Assembly (NCBI GenBank): GCA_004431415.1
Contig: QPMI01000083.1
Location: 1-64,000, forward strand
Direction: 5' to 3'
Length of the DNA: 64,000 nucleotides
From: Cyanophora paradoxa CCMP329
Taxonomy: Eukaryota; Plantae; Glaucophyta
Shown here: positions 48,657 through 60,380 of the stretch, piece after piece
How positions within the stretch are numbered: the first letter of the stretch is position 1
How the letters are laid out: each line of letters begins with the position of its first letter
The notes under the pieces: generated by a model
Database searches by the model: none
What the model saw: only the letters and a program-made list of their open reading frames with translations
What the model was told of the DNA's origin: nothing
Made by a program: the position numbers and the translations under genes

Positions 48657-49641
48657 TCACTGAGCTTATTCCTGAAGGATCTTAAGATTATTCCTTTAAC
48701 TTGAGAAGCCCATTTTTAAGGGGCTTAAGATAAGAGTTCGCTCGGCGGCCCTTGGACGCCGTCCTCGCCCCAGGCGAACGCGCCTGCTTACTTGTTCTTA
48801 AGAAGCTAAGAAGACTGAGATTAAGATTATTATTGTTATTACTTCAGAACCTAAGATACCGTAAGATAAGATGAGGACCAGCGCGGGCCCGGCTCGCGGG
48901 CGCCCCCCCTCTGACGGGCTGACCGGGCTGGCGGGGCGGGGCGGGGCAGGGGGCCGGAGGCCTGTGGGAGCTGGACACGGAGCTCGCGGCGGCGCTGGGA
49001 CGGCCCCTCCCCGCCCTCCTCTCCATGCGCCCCAAGGACGCCCCGTCCGCCCCGCCCCGCCCCGTCCCCCCGCCCGCCCCCCCCTCGAGCTTCCGCTGAG
49101 GAGGCGGGCTCCTGATCCCGGTACCCCCCTCCCCCCTCCCCCCAGGTCGGACCACTTCGCGACGGAGCAGGTCCTGGAGTACCTCGAGACCCGCTGCCCG
49201 AGTGCGCCCCCCCCCCCCTTCCCCCCCCCCCCCCCCCCCCCCCCCCCCCTTCTTGTCCGATGTGGGCCGGCGCAGGCTCCGCGACGAGTGGGGCCTCGCG
49301 GCGGCAAAGGCCGCCGCCGCCTCCGCCTCCACCGCCGCCGCCTCCGCCCCCGCAGCCCATAAGAAGGGCGCCGAAGCCGCCGGTACCCCCGGCCGGCCGC
49401 GCTCCCCGTGGCGGGCTCCCGGCCCCGAGTGGTCCGTGGCGCACATCGTCGAGGAAACGGGGGTACGTGCGCGCGCGCGCGCGTCCCTCCCATATATATT
49501 TCAAAGAATGCGCTAGCGCTCTCGATCGAATCCGGAAGGAGCCATTTCTTGCCGCGCCAAACTATCCATCTGACCCCGCCTTCCATCGATCCGCAGGCGA
49601 TGACTCGGCCCGACGGAGGAACCCGCACAGTCACAGTCTAA
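42538..49641 (+). CDS. VIT + vWA domain protein (VWA5A-like), multi-exon
   Basis: GLRSRDGGTAVPLKALLVTAVI; VEVVYGFQVPEYASVSGFEARIG (VIT); EIFFALDR...LEQAKSAVRTAVRSLPHGAHFDI..FGS; RQVILVTAG; C-terminal LDAILQLQ..GLWEL, FATEQVLEYLE, EWGLAAAKA. Confidence 0.8.
45770..46280. repeat. Intronic degenerate tandem repeats (ctaagaagccaaagccaaagcct...agtgctctctct)
   Basis: About five related units of 60-120 bp. Confidence 0.75.
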
Positions 49642-50041
49642 TCCGATCCTCAATCTGAAACGAACGCAAGAGCCAGAGTACACGCCTTCACGCTCGGACG
49701 CAGAATAAGATTTACACTTTATAGAGTTACATATAAATACGTATAAAATACTGGCAACCAGCAGCTTCACGTAAGAGTCTTTGATTAACGTTCTTCTTCA
49801 TGTGTTGTACTCTAGCATTTGGGTTCGGGATTCTTAGGTTTTACATATGTATATTTAGATAACCTGCAGTCACTGAGTTGTGGGGCCAGTGGGCCCGTGA
49901 TTTTGTATTGCGAGATAGCTATAGCTTCAGGGGCCAGTATGCCCGTGATTTGAAATTAGTACTGCAAGGGCAGCTTTAGTCTGTATACGTAGGGGCAGTA
50001 TGTCCGTACTCGGGTTCTGTGTTTATCGATACGATATCTAG

Positions 50042-50151
50042 TGTTGCCAGCATAGTTTAGCTGGGGACTGGTATCATTGGGGTACAGGTACAGACTGGGG
50101 GTACAGGTCTACAGGGACTTGGAATAATGGCAGTATATGCTCACTGCAATA
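50042..50151. repeat. Left LTR (TGTTGC...GCAATA)
   Basis: Identical to 54659-54768. Confidence 0.95.
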
Positions 50152-51174
50152 TGATACGACTTCACAAGCGCACGTCCTCGTGCGCTCAAGAGAGAGAAAA
50201 ATATGTATAGTGAAGGGGGGGATTGGATCGTCACAACTACGTGGACTCAAGCCGGGGTCCATGATACGACTTCACAGGATGCGAGTCCGGTGGGGTCGAG
50301 TGAACAAAAATCCTCCCGGGACGCAAGCCGGGGGTCCATGATACGACTTCACAAGACGATAGGCTAGTGGAGTCGAGGGAAAGTGAGGTCCCAACCTCAA
50401 GTCAGAGCGCTTATCTAGCCTACGCGCTCACCGACCGGGCGGCCTCCGAGATAAATGGGCATACCAACTAGTAGATACACACTAAAATCAGCCAACAAGC
50501 CCGAGCTGCCCAAGCCGGGTTCCAAAAGACGAATCCATGAAAAGGGAAGACGTGCGGACTGCCGCCTGCGAGTGTACGTGGGAAGGCCGCCCGGGGGCCT
50601 GACGTGTACTCGCAGGGGTCGCTAGCGGCTCGAGGAAAAACCGGGCGAAAAAAACCTCGGCCGCGCCGCCATAATAGCCTGCCCTGAGGGCTCTCCGGTC
50701 CACGCTCGCAGCGTCGCCCCGATGGCACGCCGCCGTGCCCGGAGGGCCCTCCGCGTGCGCCCGCCACGTACGCCCGTCCGCCGTACCCGCCGAGGGTCTG
50801 ACGCGCGTCGCGTGTGAGTGCGCTGCACGCGTGCGCGAAAGGGGCGTCCCCCTGAAAGAAAACGGAAAGAGTTGCGGCAGCACGCATTGCGCGTTCTAAG
50901 GAAACGGTAGCGGCGCTATCGCAGCGGAGCTTCGCGCGTCGCAACGACCTAATCCTATGCCGTTCGATCGCTAGCGAGCCTTTCGAGGCGGTGCCGCTGC
51001 GTGGGACTTCGGCCCTCTTCTCGGATATCGTCCGAAACGCGTGGGCCACGTGGCACGACACGGTCGGGAAGCCCGAGATTGGAGGGGCCTTAGGCGCGCC
51101 GTTCCCAAGGGCTATCGATTGCGAGGGTCGCGTACCCATCTCGACAATAATCCTCATGTACCGTAGGGGGCGCC

Positions 51175-53657
51175 TCACGCGCTTAAGCGTCCGGCGCCAC
51201 CTCCGGGGCGCCCCGGAGGTGCCGGCGGTTGCTCTGGCCGCGGCGGACGTCCCTGCCGTCGTTTCCGTGCAACGTTTGCCGGTCTGTCACGGTAAGGGAT
51301 CATCAAGTCGATGTGGACGATCAGCTCTTTCGTCCTTCTGTGCCGCTCTGACTCCGTCGTCGCCTTTACGGCGTACAGGTGCCCGTCCGAGAGCTCCCGT
51401 AAGACAACGAAGGGGCCGGTCCATCCGTTGTGGATGCCGCGTTTGAGGCCCTCGAACCAGCAGAGAACCTTCTCCCCCTTCCTGAACGAGCGCCGCAGCG
51501 GCTTGCCGCCATGGGCGCGCAGCAGCCGCTTGTTGTAGCGCTTGCGGTGCTCGGCTACTGCTGCCGCTCGACTCTCAGCCGCCCGTGCGAGCCCCGCCAA
51601 GCGGTCGTTTAGTAACGTCGGGTCCGTTGGCCGTTGCCGTTCGTCGGGGTCGAAACGCAGGTCGCCGGGGAGCGTGAGGTCGCGTCCGAAGTGAAGCACC
51701 GCGGGCGGGAAGCCCGTGGCTGCGTGGATGCCCGTGCGCATCGCGAGGAGAGCCTGGTGTACAAACTCCGTCCAGTGCCGGTTCGACTTGCCAGCCGCTT
51801 TGCAGAGCCCGTACACCAGTCGCTTGAACGTCTGTCCAGGCGCTCGGCGCCGCCATTCGTGGACTGATGGAACGCCGCTGCGCGAATGATGCGCGTGCCC
51901 TTGCTCTTCCAGAAGTTGTACCACTCCGACTGGATCAGCTGTGAGCCGTTGTCGATGAGGTAGCGCTGGACGACGCCGTGGTCGGCGAGCGCCTGTTCCG
52001 CGCAGCGACGCAGCGTCGACGCCTTCATGTCCGGGATCGGCTTCCCGTCGGGGTACTTGGAGTAAGCGTCGACGCTGACGAAGGCGCCGACCATACCGTC
52101 CACCGACAGGTCCAAGTACATGATGTCGGCTTGGTGCAGGTCGCCTGGGAAGTACGCCTCGAAGATCTTGCAGAGAACCTTTGGCCGCCGCCGCGCCTTC
52201 GCTCGTTGGCAGTGAGGGCACGACCGCACGTAGCGGTGTACCGACGACGTCATGCCATCCCACCAGAAGCGGCTGAAGATGCGCCTCGCGACGATGTCCG
52301 CACCGCGGTGGGCCCAGTCGTCGTGGTACGCGGAGAGGATCATCTCCCGCAGCGTTTCCGGCACCACAACCAGGGAGCGCATGTCAGCCACCTGGGCTCG
52401 GAGCGACTCCGTCACCCGCAGCATGTCGATGTTAGCGCTGTTGTCGAACCGTGCCGCCAGCCCCTCCGTCGGGCTCGGCATCCACTCTCGCGTGCCCGTC
52501 GGTGAACCAGCAGTCTCGTGTCGGGGGCGTTTGTACGGCGTCGTGTCAAGGCCGGTCAGTTCGCGATCCTGTCGGCGGTTGTCGAAGACGTCCTCCGTCT
52601 CCTCGGCATGTGTCATGCGGACGGCACGCGCCGGGCCCCCTGTCTCCACGCTCGCCGGGGTGTCGCCTGCGAGTAGGGTGACTTGTTTCGACTTGCGCCT
52701 GATCTCCGGCTTTTCCAACCAATCTTGAGCCCGCTGGATGAAGGACGTCGTCGCGAGGCCCGGGTCGTTCGGAAAGGCGTTCTCGGTCGTCCGCTGGAGT
52801 TCCCGCAGCTGGGGCATCACCTTGTCGACCAAAAGGTCGAAGTTGGAACGCCGGCGGTCGGCATCGTCCCGGTAAACCTCCCAAGTGTCGTCGTGCTCAC
52901 GTGCCCGGAGGTTAATCTGAGTCTCCAGCTTCTGTACGATGAGCGTTGGCGTCATCGATACGCCTGAGACTTGGAGCGCCTCCACCGTCAAGTCGAACTG
53001 GAGCCGCGGCGGGATCCCGTAGTACATCGTGTCCGCCCACGTCGCCAGGTTCCGTTTGTCACGTTCGTCGATGCGCGAGCGTGCGTACGTGCAGAAGTCC
53101 TCGTACGAGCGGATAGTTGTCGTCGGGATCATGTCCCGCGCCTGGAGGACCGTCGCCTCGAGAGCGTTGAGCTGCGCCTGCGCGTGGTCCTTCTGCTCCT
53201 GAGACTTCCCGGGGTCGGCCTTGAAGGCCTCCACCACCGCCTCCTGCGCCGCCCGTTTCGCCTCCGCTTGCGCGATGTACTTGTCAAAGTCCGCCTGTTG
53301 GGTCAGGCGGGTGCGGTACAAGTCCGTCTCCTCTGGAGAAAACAGTTGCGCCAGCTCCCGGAGCATCAGTGAGCCGCGGACGCGTTCGTCTGGCGTGGTC
53401 GGGTTGCCCGCGAAGAAAGGTTTACGGTTGACGATGCTGTCGAGCTGATCCAGCGTCCGCTTGACGTTCGCGTGCGTCATCGGGTAGCCGAACGTGTAAA
53501 CGTTGCCTTCGTTGATCTTCAACAGCACCGGCTCCTCCTTCGGCTGGATCTGGCGAGCGTACTTCTGGTGCTGGGGCATCTCCTGCGACGCCGCGACCGC
53601 CGCAATCGCCGAGAAGTCGGAGACGCGGGCCAGGGCGGGCCGCGTGTGTCGGGACAT
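51175..53657 (-). CDS. Putative Gag-like region fused to retroviral-type integrase; one frameshift near 51836
   Basis: H2C2 finger (YHDDWAHRG...CPHCQ); DDE core (QADIM, LIDNGSQL, NGGAERL); continuation in another frame QTFKR...ATGFPPAVLHFGR...FRKGEKVL...WTGPFVV...VHIDLMIPY (GPY/F-SH3 module). The Gag assignment is positional only. Confidence 0.85.
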
Positions 53658-54658
53658 GATGAAGTCGTGTAGACGTAAAGGTAGGAAAGGAGGAGTGGTA
53701 GTGTCAGTGAGGGTGTAAGTCGCGTGTCCCGCGTGTCAGTCCGTAGCCGCAGTCGTCGATCGTTGGCGTGCTAGGGGCCTGGAATCGCTGTAAATTTCGG
53801 CAGAGTCTCCCCCTTCAAGCGCCCGTGGTATGCGCGGCGCTGAAGCGGGCGTCGTGGCGGTCGTGGTCGAGGTCGGTTCCTCCGAGGAGTCGCGACGGTC
53901 GGCCGTTGACTGGAGTCGCCAGAGTGTCTGTGCCGAAAATTTTGACAGAGTCTCCCCCTTCGAGGAGTCGAGACGTGCGCGGCGCTGAGGCGGGCGTCGT
54001 GGCGGGGTGTGGTCGATGTTGCCGTTATCGACCGTTACTCCGTTCTTGTCCGTGATGACGCACGCGCCGCCGGTGTCCGTATACTGTATGTAAAAACGTG
54101 TCCGGTAAGCTCCCGGTGTGCGCTAGGCACTTGCCGCGGCAAGATTCAACCTTGGCTCTTGGCGATGGTCGGCAGGCCCGAGATGCTGGCGTGCTTTGGG
54201 CGAGCCCGAGCACGCGGCTTCTCGTTGCGCTATCCGGCGACTGCTTCGGGACGAACCCTCGCAGCGAGCCAGTTGATCGCTAGGCCTGGAGCTTGCGGAA
54301 CCGCGGTCGCTTCGGGGCGAACCCTAAGCGGCGCGAAGCGCGGGCTCCCACCGTGTGCGAACGGTGTCCGGTGTGCTTGCCAGCAGCTGCGTCGGCGGGA
54401 CGGTTGCGCGAGCGCGACGTCCGGGCCGATGCTGCTCCTTGTCCGCCGGACCGACCGCGCGAGCGAATCGGCCAGCTCCGGAGCTGCCGTTGGGTTGCAA
54501 GCTGACGATCCAATCCCCCTCGTAGTCACTAGCCGGCAGGATGGGCGAGTTGCCCGTTGCGCTGCGATCTCCACGTAGACCACACGGCTACCACCGACCC
54601 GGCCAGAGCAGCTAGGCTAGCTGTCCGGCACGGAGTGCGCGTGGCGTCCGGCGAGGGA

Positions 54659-54768
54659 TGTTGCCAGCATAGTTTAGCTGGGGACTGGTATCATTGGGGT
54701 ACAGGTACAGACTGGGGGTACAGGTCTACAGGGACTTGGAATAATGGCAGTATATGCTCACTGCAATA
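54659..54768. repeat. Right LTR
   Basis: Identical to 50042-50151. Confidence 0.95.
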
Positions 54769-55013
54769 CTAGATCTGCAGTACAGCATAGCGAACGAATG
54801 CGTGTGTTGTAACCGTGGCTTCTAATTATAAGCTAGCGTATGTAGTTCTCGGGTCTCGGCGTTTCCTTTCCTGAGCTTCGCGATCGAGGTTCTTTTCACG
54901 AGGTTCCTTCGAGGCTCCTTTTTCCCGAGAATGCAGATGTAGACAATTCTATTCTGCCCTTGCGGGCGCCGACGGAGGCGAGAATAGTGTGTATTAATAT
55001 TTAGAGCCCATAA

Positions 55014-56000
55014 TTAAATATGTGCGTCTACTACGAAACATTCTTCGAGGAACAATACCGTCGAATTCAAGCTCGCAATTGGTCTGAAGAAGTGCAATTC
55101 AACTGCAACGATCGGGCGAGCTTTCCCGCGGAGTTCCGACGTCGACGACGGCAGGCGAGGCACATGCGCATCCGCGATCGAAATCGAATTCATCTGCACA
55201 TGCATATGCCCAGCCTAGGCCTAGGGCTCGGCCCAGCCGAGCCATGCCTGCCTCCCGGGACTTCACCGGTACCCGTGACCCCCCTCCCTCAATCGCAGCT
55301 GCCGAAATAACAAATTATAAGCCTGCACATGCCGCTGCACATTTATAAGCCTGCACATGCCGCTGCAGATTTATAAGCCTGCACATGCCGCTGCACAGGA
55401 GTGATCGCGTATTTATTTCAAGCGATATATCGATACGAGGTTCCACATTCTATTCTAGATCTAATCATGAGTCATGACTCGAGGGAAACCGGGTACGTAT
55501 ACGGGGCGACAGAGCCGCTAAGCCTTGGCGCGACCTGGCAGCTTTTTGAACACCAGGTGCTCCAGGGCCGGCCAGCCAAACGGATCCGCTGTGATGTAGT
55601 ACCACCCGGCTCGGCACGGCGTCTGCCGCAGTGCACGTGCGCTCGCGATAATTACTTTATAATTACGCCGCCGAAATCAAATAGCGACAGGATCGCGCAC
55701 GGATCCGCCGACGAGCTCGAAGTACTGCCCGTCCGCCATCCAGAAGAACAGCCGCGGCTGCGAAAGCGCTCCCTTTAAATTCTTGAATTTTAAGTCCGCA
55801 GCCGCCTGCTCAAGAAGTTGCGTCCGCCAATTGCCATATGCATGCACTTCGTTTCCGGCAATCGTTTGAAATTGCAGAACGATCCGAACGGGCCCTGCGA
55901 ACGCAGAAATTCGGTGACGGTGGGGCTGAACGTCAACGGGTGGCCTGTCAGTCAGAACTACTCAACGAGCCTGTCAGTGTGGTCAGACCGACGTAGTCTC
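55014..56000 (-). other. Possible small spliced gene of unknown function
   Basis: Exon-like blocks with AG/GT borders (GHPLTFSPTVTEFL..., PRLFFWMADGQYFELVGG, GWYYITADPFGWP..., ...EECFVVDAHI*). No homology recognised. Confidence 0.3.
55315..55398. repeat. Three copies of ttataagcctgcacatgccgctgca (~29-bp unit)
   Basis: Direct inspection. Confidence 0.85.
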
Positions 56001-57199
56001 GGCAGTCCCCAATCACGCTGACTTCCACGCGCTCGTGCTTTATGTTCATTTGCGATATCGACTGAGCGACTGATCATGACTGAGCGACAGGGTCCGATCT
56101 GACGGCCGAAAGTTTGGTCGAGAATTCGGTTTTCCAAGTTCAGTCGAGACTTCTCTTAGAGTTTCTCCTATATTCATGATTCTTCTTTTTCTCCTTTGAG
56201 TAGGATCCTGGAGGGACGAGACTGCGAGTAGAATCCGGCTAGAATACTGGGCTGCCCCCTCCGAGGCTCCCCTTCCCGACATGAATATTGCCAGTTCGAA
56301 TATTCCATGATTACTAGATTAGGGTATTAGAGATCTAGATTACTTCCGAAGTTCCATGAATTACTTCCGAAGTTCCATGAATTACTTCCATGATTACTTC
56401 TAGATCTAGATCTAGATCTTAGATTACTTCCATGAACATTACCAGTTCGAATTCCAGGCCTGAGGCCCTGATCGTGATCATGAGGCCCCTGAGGAGTTCC
56501 GCCCGGCCTACACCTCGCCGAGTCGATTGCGTAGGCGAGGCTTGCGTGGCTGCGGCGCCCGGCCGTCTAGATCTGCCGGGGGCGAGTGCCGTCGCGATCG
56601 GCACGGGCGCCGACCTCGACGGGGGCGGGGGGTCCGAGTCGCAAGGCGCCATGCATACGGCCATGGGCGGGGGCGGGGGCGGCCGCCGCCGAGGGCCGCG
56701 GAATTCGGAGGTCCAGGCGCCGTATAAACTCAGAGTACCGTATAAACTCAGACTCTTGAGACACATATTATGATAGAAAATTCACGAGTACAAGCTAAAG
56801 ATCACTGGATCTAGATCTAGCTATGGATCATGATCACAGTATCATGGTATCAAAACTGGCAAGGACATCGACAATCACAGCCTGGCAGCAGAAAGCATGT
56901 GCATACACATGGCGTATTGGTATCAGGCGCATAGGATAACGTAGACTACATACCCGCAGACTGCAGGTGTTCCAAAGCTTAAGTTCCAGCTTGACGTTTG
57001 GATCCTGCATATGCATGTGCGGTAAAGCGCTGGGCCATTGAAATAATAAAACGAAAATCACCCACTTCCCGGGTCCCGCTAAAAGAATGTACGCATACAG
57101 CTAATTAAAAGACTAAATTACTAGGGTGGGCATCGAAAGAATGAAACAATTGCAATGATACTAATCAGAATTCCGGGAGTCCCGCCCGAGGGGGGGCGC

Positions 57200-60100
57200 C
57201 TACACCTCGATCACGAAGGCGAGGCTTGCCGGGCTGCGGCCGTCTGCCGGGGCGAGGGCCGCCGTCGCGATCGGCACGGGCGCCGACCTCGACCGGGGCG
57301 GGGCCGGGGGTTCCGAGTCGCGATCGCGATCGCGATCGGTTGCAAGGGCGCCATCGCCTTGGGCGGCGGCGGGGGCGACCGCTGCCGAGCTCGAAGGCCG
57401 CGAAATGCGGAGGCCCAGGCCCAGGCGCGCGTGCACTATCGCGAGGAGGGATTCGATCTGGAGCGGCTTGGCGTGGAAGTCGTCCATCCCGGCCGCCGCG
57501 CACGCCTCGCGGTCCTCCCGCGTGCAGTTCGCGGAGAGCGCAACGATGGGCAGCGGCCCCGGCGGCAGCGTGCCGTCCGCCTCCAGGCGGCGGATCTCCT
57601 CCGCCGCCCCGAGCCCGTCCAGCACCGGCATTTGCACGTCCTGCACATAAAATTGAAGAAAGAAAGAAAGGACCGTCAGAATTAAGAAGAAGAAGAAGAT
57701 GGGGAAGCTTATATAAATTAAAGGGCGGCGTGCCATGAGGCAGAGGTGGAAGGGGTCGGAGCGCTGGTCCCGTAGGAGGGCGTCGACGGCCTGGCGCCCG
57801 TCGTGGACGATGCGGAAGCGGCAGCCCGTCCTCGAGAGCAGCTTGGTGAGGACGAGGCAGTTGAACGCGTTGTCCTCCGCGCCTAACGGAGCGCGGAGGG
57901 TGTGAGAATGAGAAATCAAAGATCTAGATCTAGAAGTCAAAACCCATGGATTTCAAGCGCTCACACAAAATGTTCGCCTCCTCGATTCGCGTGGGACGCG
58001 TGTGCGTGCGCAGAGCCGACGGCGCCGCGGCCGGCGCCGGCGGGGCGCGTTCGGAATTGAGGGGCGGGGAGGGCTCGAGCTGGAGGTCCAGGGTCCGCAG
58101 GCGGGACGGCGGGGGCTGGGGCGCGGCCGCCGCCGGTGCCACAGGCGCGGGTGCGGCCGTGGGCTTGCAGTCGGCCACGGGGGGCTCGAGCTCGACGCTG
58201 AGGCGGGCCCCGGCCCCGGCCCCGGCCCAGATCCCGGGGCCGCGGCTGGCGGGGCTGAGAGGCTCGCGATCGATATCGATGCCGGCCAAGTGCGCCACGA
58301 GTGACTCGGCCTCAGCCCCGCGGACCGGCGTCGTCAGCGGGGGCGGGCCCCCGGGCGGGCAGCGCTCCTTTGCGTCCCGTCTGCGGCCGCGGGGCCACAC
58401 CACGACGAGGGGTACGGGCTCTCTCCGGTGGGGCGCGGGGGGGAGGCACCCCAGCCCCACGAGCCCGGCCCCGCGCGCCTCAGCGAGCGAGACCACCGCG
58501 ACCGTCCTGTACCCCCCCTCGAACTTGGCGTCGTCCGCGTCGCAGATCTCGCCATCGGCCGCCGCGAAGGAGGGGTACACGGCGAGGCCGGCCCGGGGCA
58601 GCCGCAACCGGGCGCAGGCGGATTCGAGCCCCTCGGAGACGGACCGAGCGAAGGCGGGGGCGCCGACCACCGCGAAGCGCAGCGCGGGCCCCGGGACAGG
58701 GACGCCGACCGTCGCCGCCTTCGACACCGCCGCCCCTCCCGCAGCGTCGCTCGCGATCGCGATCGCGACGTGCATCGGGATCGCGAAGTGAAACCTGATC
58801 GTGAGGTGCACGTGGGTGCGGTAAGACCGGGGTGCGGCGCTCAGATTCGCGGAGAGGGGTACGGCGGACCTCGAGCCCTTGTCGGGTTCGCTTTCGACTT
58901 GGATGGAGCCGCCGAGCTCGCGGACGATCGCTGCAGAGAGCGCCAGGCCAATTCCTGCCCCGGAGACCGTCATGATCATACAAGGCTGGGCCAGGCCGAA
59001 GCTCAATGGCAGAAGAAGCTTATACAATTAAGAAGCTTAAGGCAGAAGAAGCTTAAGAAGCTCAACAAGCTTAGTTAATCATGTATCTTGACACAGGCAG
59101 AAGCCTAAGCTGAAGCTGAAGCGCCTCCGGGCCCGGCCGCGGGGCGCCAGCGGCCGGGCCCGGATCCCCGCGGGCCGTCGGGGCCGGAGACGGCTCTCGC
59201 GATCGCAGGCTCAAAGCTTGCTCGGGCGATTCAAGGGCAGAGCTGCGGCCGCGGGGGCCGCGGGGCAGCGCTGGCGATGGCGCCGTAAGTTTGTCCTCAT
59301 TCGCGATCGACGGCGGCGCCGGCGCTGCGCAGATGCCACGTGCAACCGGTCACGATCGAAATCGTATACGTAGTGCTCGGCGGCCGGGCAGCGCGAGATC
59401 CAAATTAAAGCGGGAAGGCGCAGGCGCACCGGGGGTGACCCGCGCTGCCACGTGCACGGCTGGCTCCGGCGCCCTTGCATCACGGCGACCGCTCTGGCTC
59501 GAAATGGACGTCGACGGCGGCGGCGGCGGCGGGGGCGGCGGCCCCGGCAGGCTCGCGGCGACCCGGGGGCCGGAGAGAAGGCGACCGAACGAGGGGTGGC
59601 GGATCTGGAGGGACGAGCGGCGCCCGACGGCGGGGTACCGGTTCGCCCCGGTGCCGGCACCGGCGTCGGGCTCGGCCTCGGGTTCGGGGCGGGCCGGCGC
59701 AGGGCGCCCGGTCAGGCGAATCTCGACGAGGACCGTTCCCCCGCCCTTGCTGAACTTGATCGCGTTCGAGGCGAGGTTAATCTGTTTCCCCGTCCAACGT
59801 TAACCCGCCGGCCTCGAAGGGGGGGGAGGGGGGGGGGAGGGGTGGGGGGGGGGAGGAGCGGACCAAGACCTGTCGAAGGCGCACAGGATCTCCCGCGATG
59901 CGCTCAGGCACTTCAGGTGAGGTCTGAGTGAGCAGCTCGACCCCTGCCCAGCCCAGCCCCCGCCGGTCAGTTTGGGGCGGGAGGGGAAGGGGGGAGAGGG
60001 GGGGAGGGGGGGGGGGGAAGTGGGGTGGCGGACCCTGCTGCTGGGCGGCCATGACGAGGAGGTCGGCCGAGTCCTCGAGGCAGCGCCGCAGCTCGAACTC

Positions 60101-60345
60101 GGTCTCCTCCAGCACCAGCTTGCCCGACTGCACCTTCTCCCAGTCCAGGATGTTGCTGATGATCTCGACGAGCGACTCGCCGGCCTTGGCGATCAGCTCG
60201 GCGAACTCGAGCTGCTCCGACGTGAGGCCCGTGTCCCGCAGCAGCGCCGCGCACCCGACGATTCCCTGGCGCCGGCGCCCCCACAGCAGATTCAAATACG
60301 CTCCGGATCCGCGGCCGACGGCACGGGCCGCGGGGGCGGGGCGGA

Positions 60346-60380
<35 letters not shown>

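Larger units (their letters stand above)
50042..54768 (-). mobile_element. LTR-flanked element (Ty3/Gypsy-type integrase) lacking PR, RT and RNase H
   Basis: Identical 110-bp direct repeats at 50042-50151 and 54659-54768, flanked by CTAG on both sides (50038-50041, 54769-54772). Internal Gag-like/integrase ORF. Confidence 0.9.

Noticed and set aside
50069-50080. TGGTATCA inside the LTR as an initiator-Met PBS
   Set aside because: It lies within the LTR and matches only 8 nt, so it is likely chance.
50151-50360. CRISPR array
   Set aside because: Only three short repeats with irregular spacing, in a eukaryotic retroelement with no cas genes.
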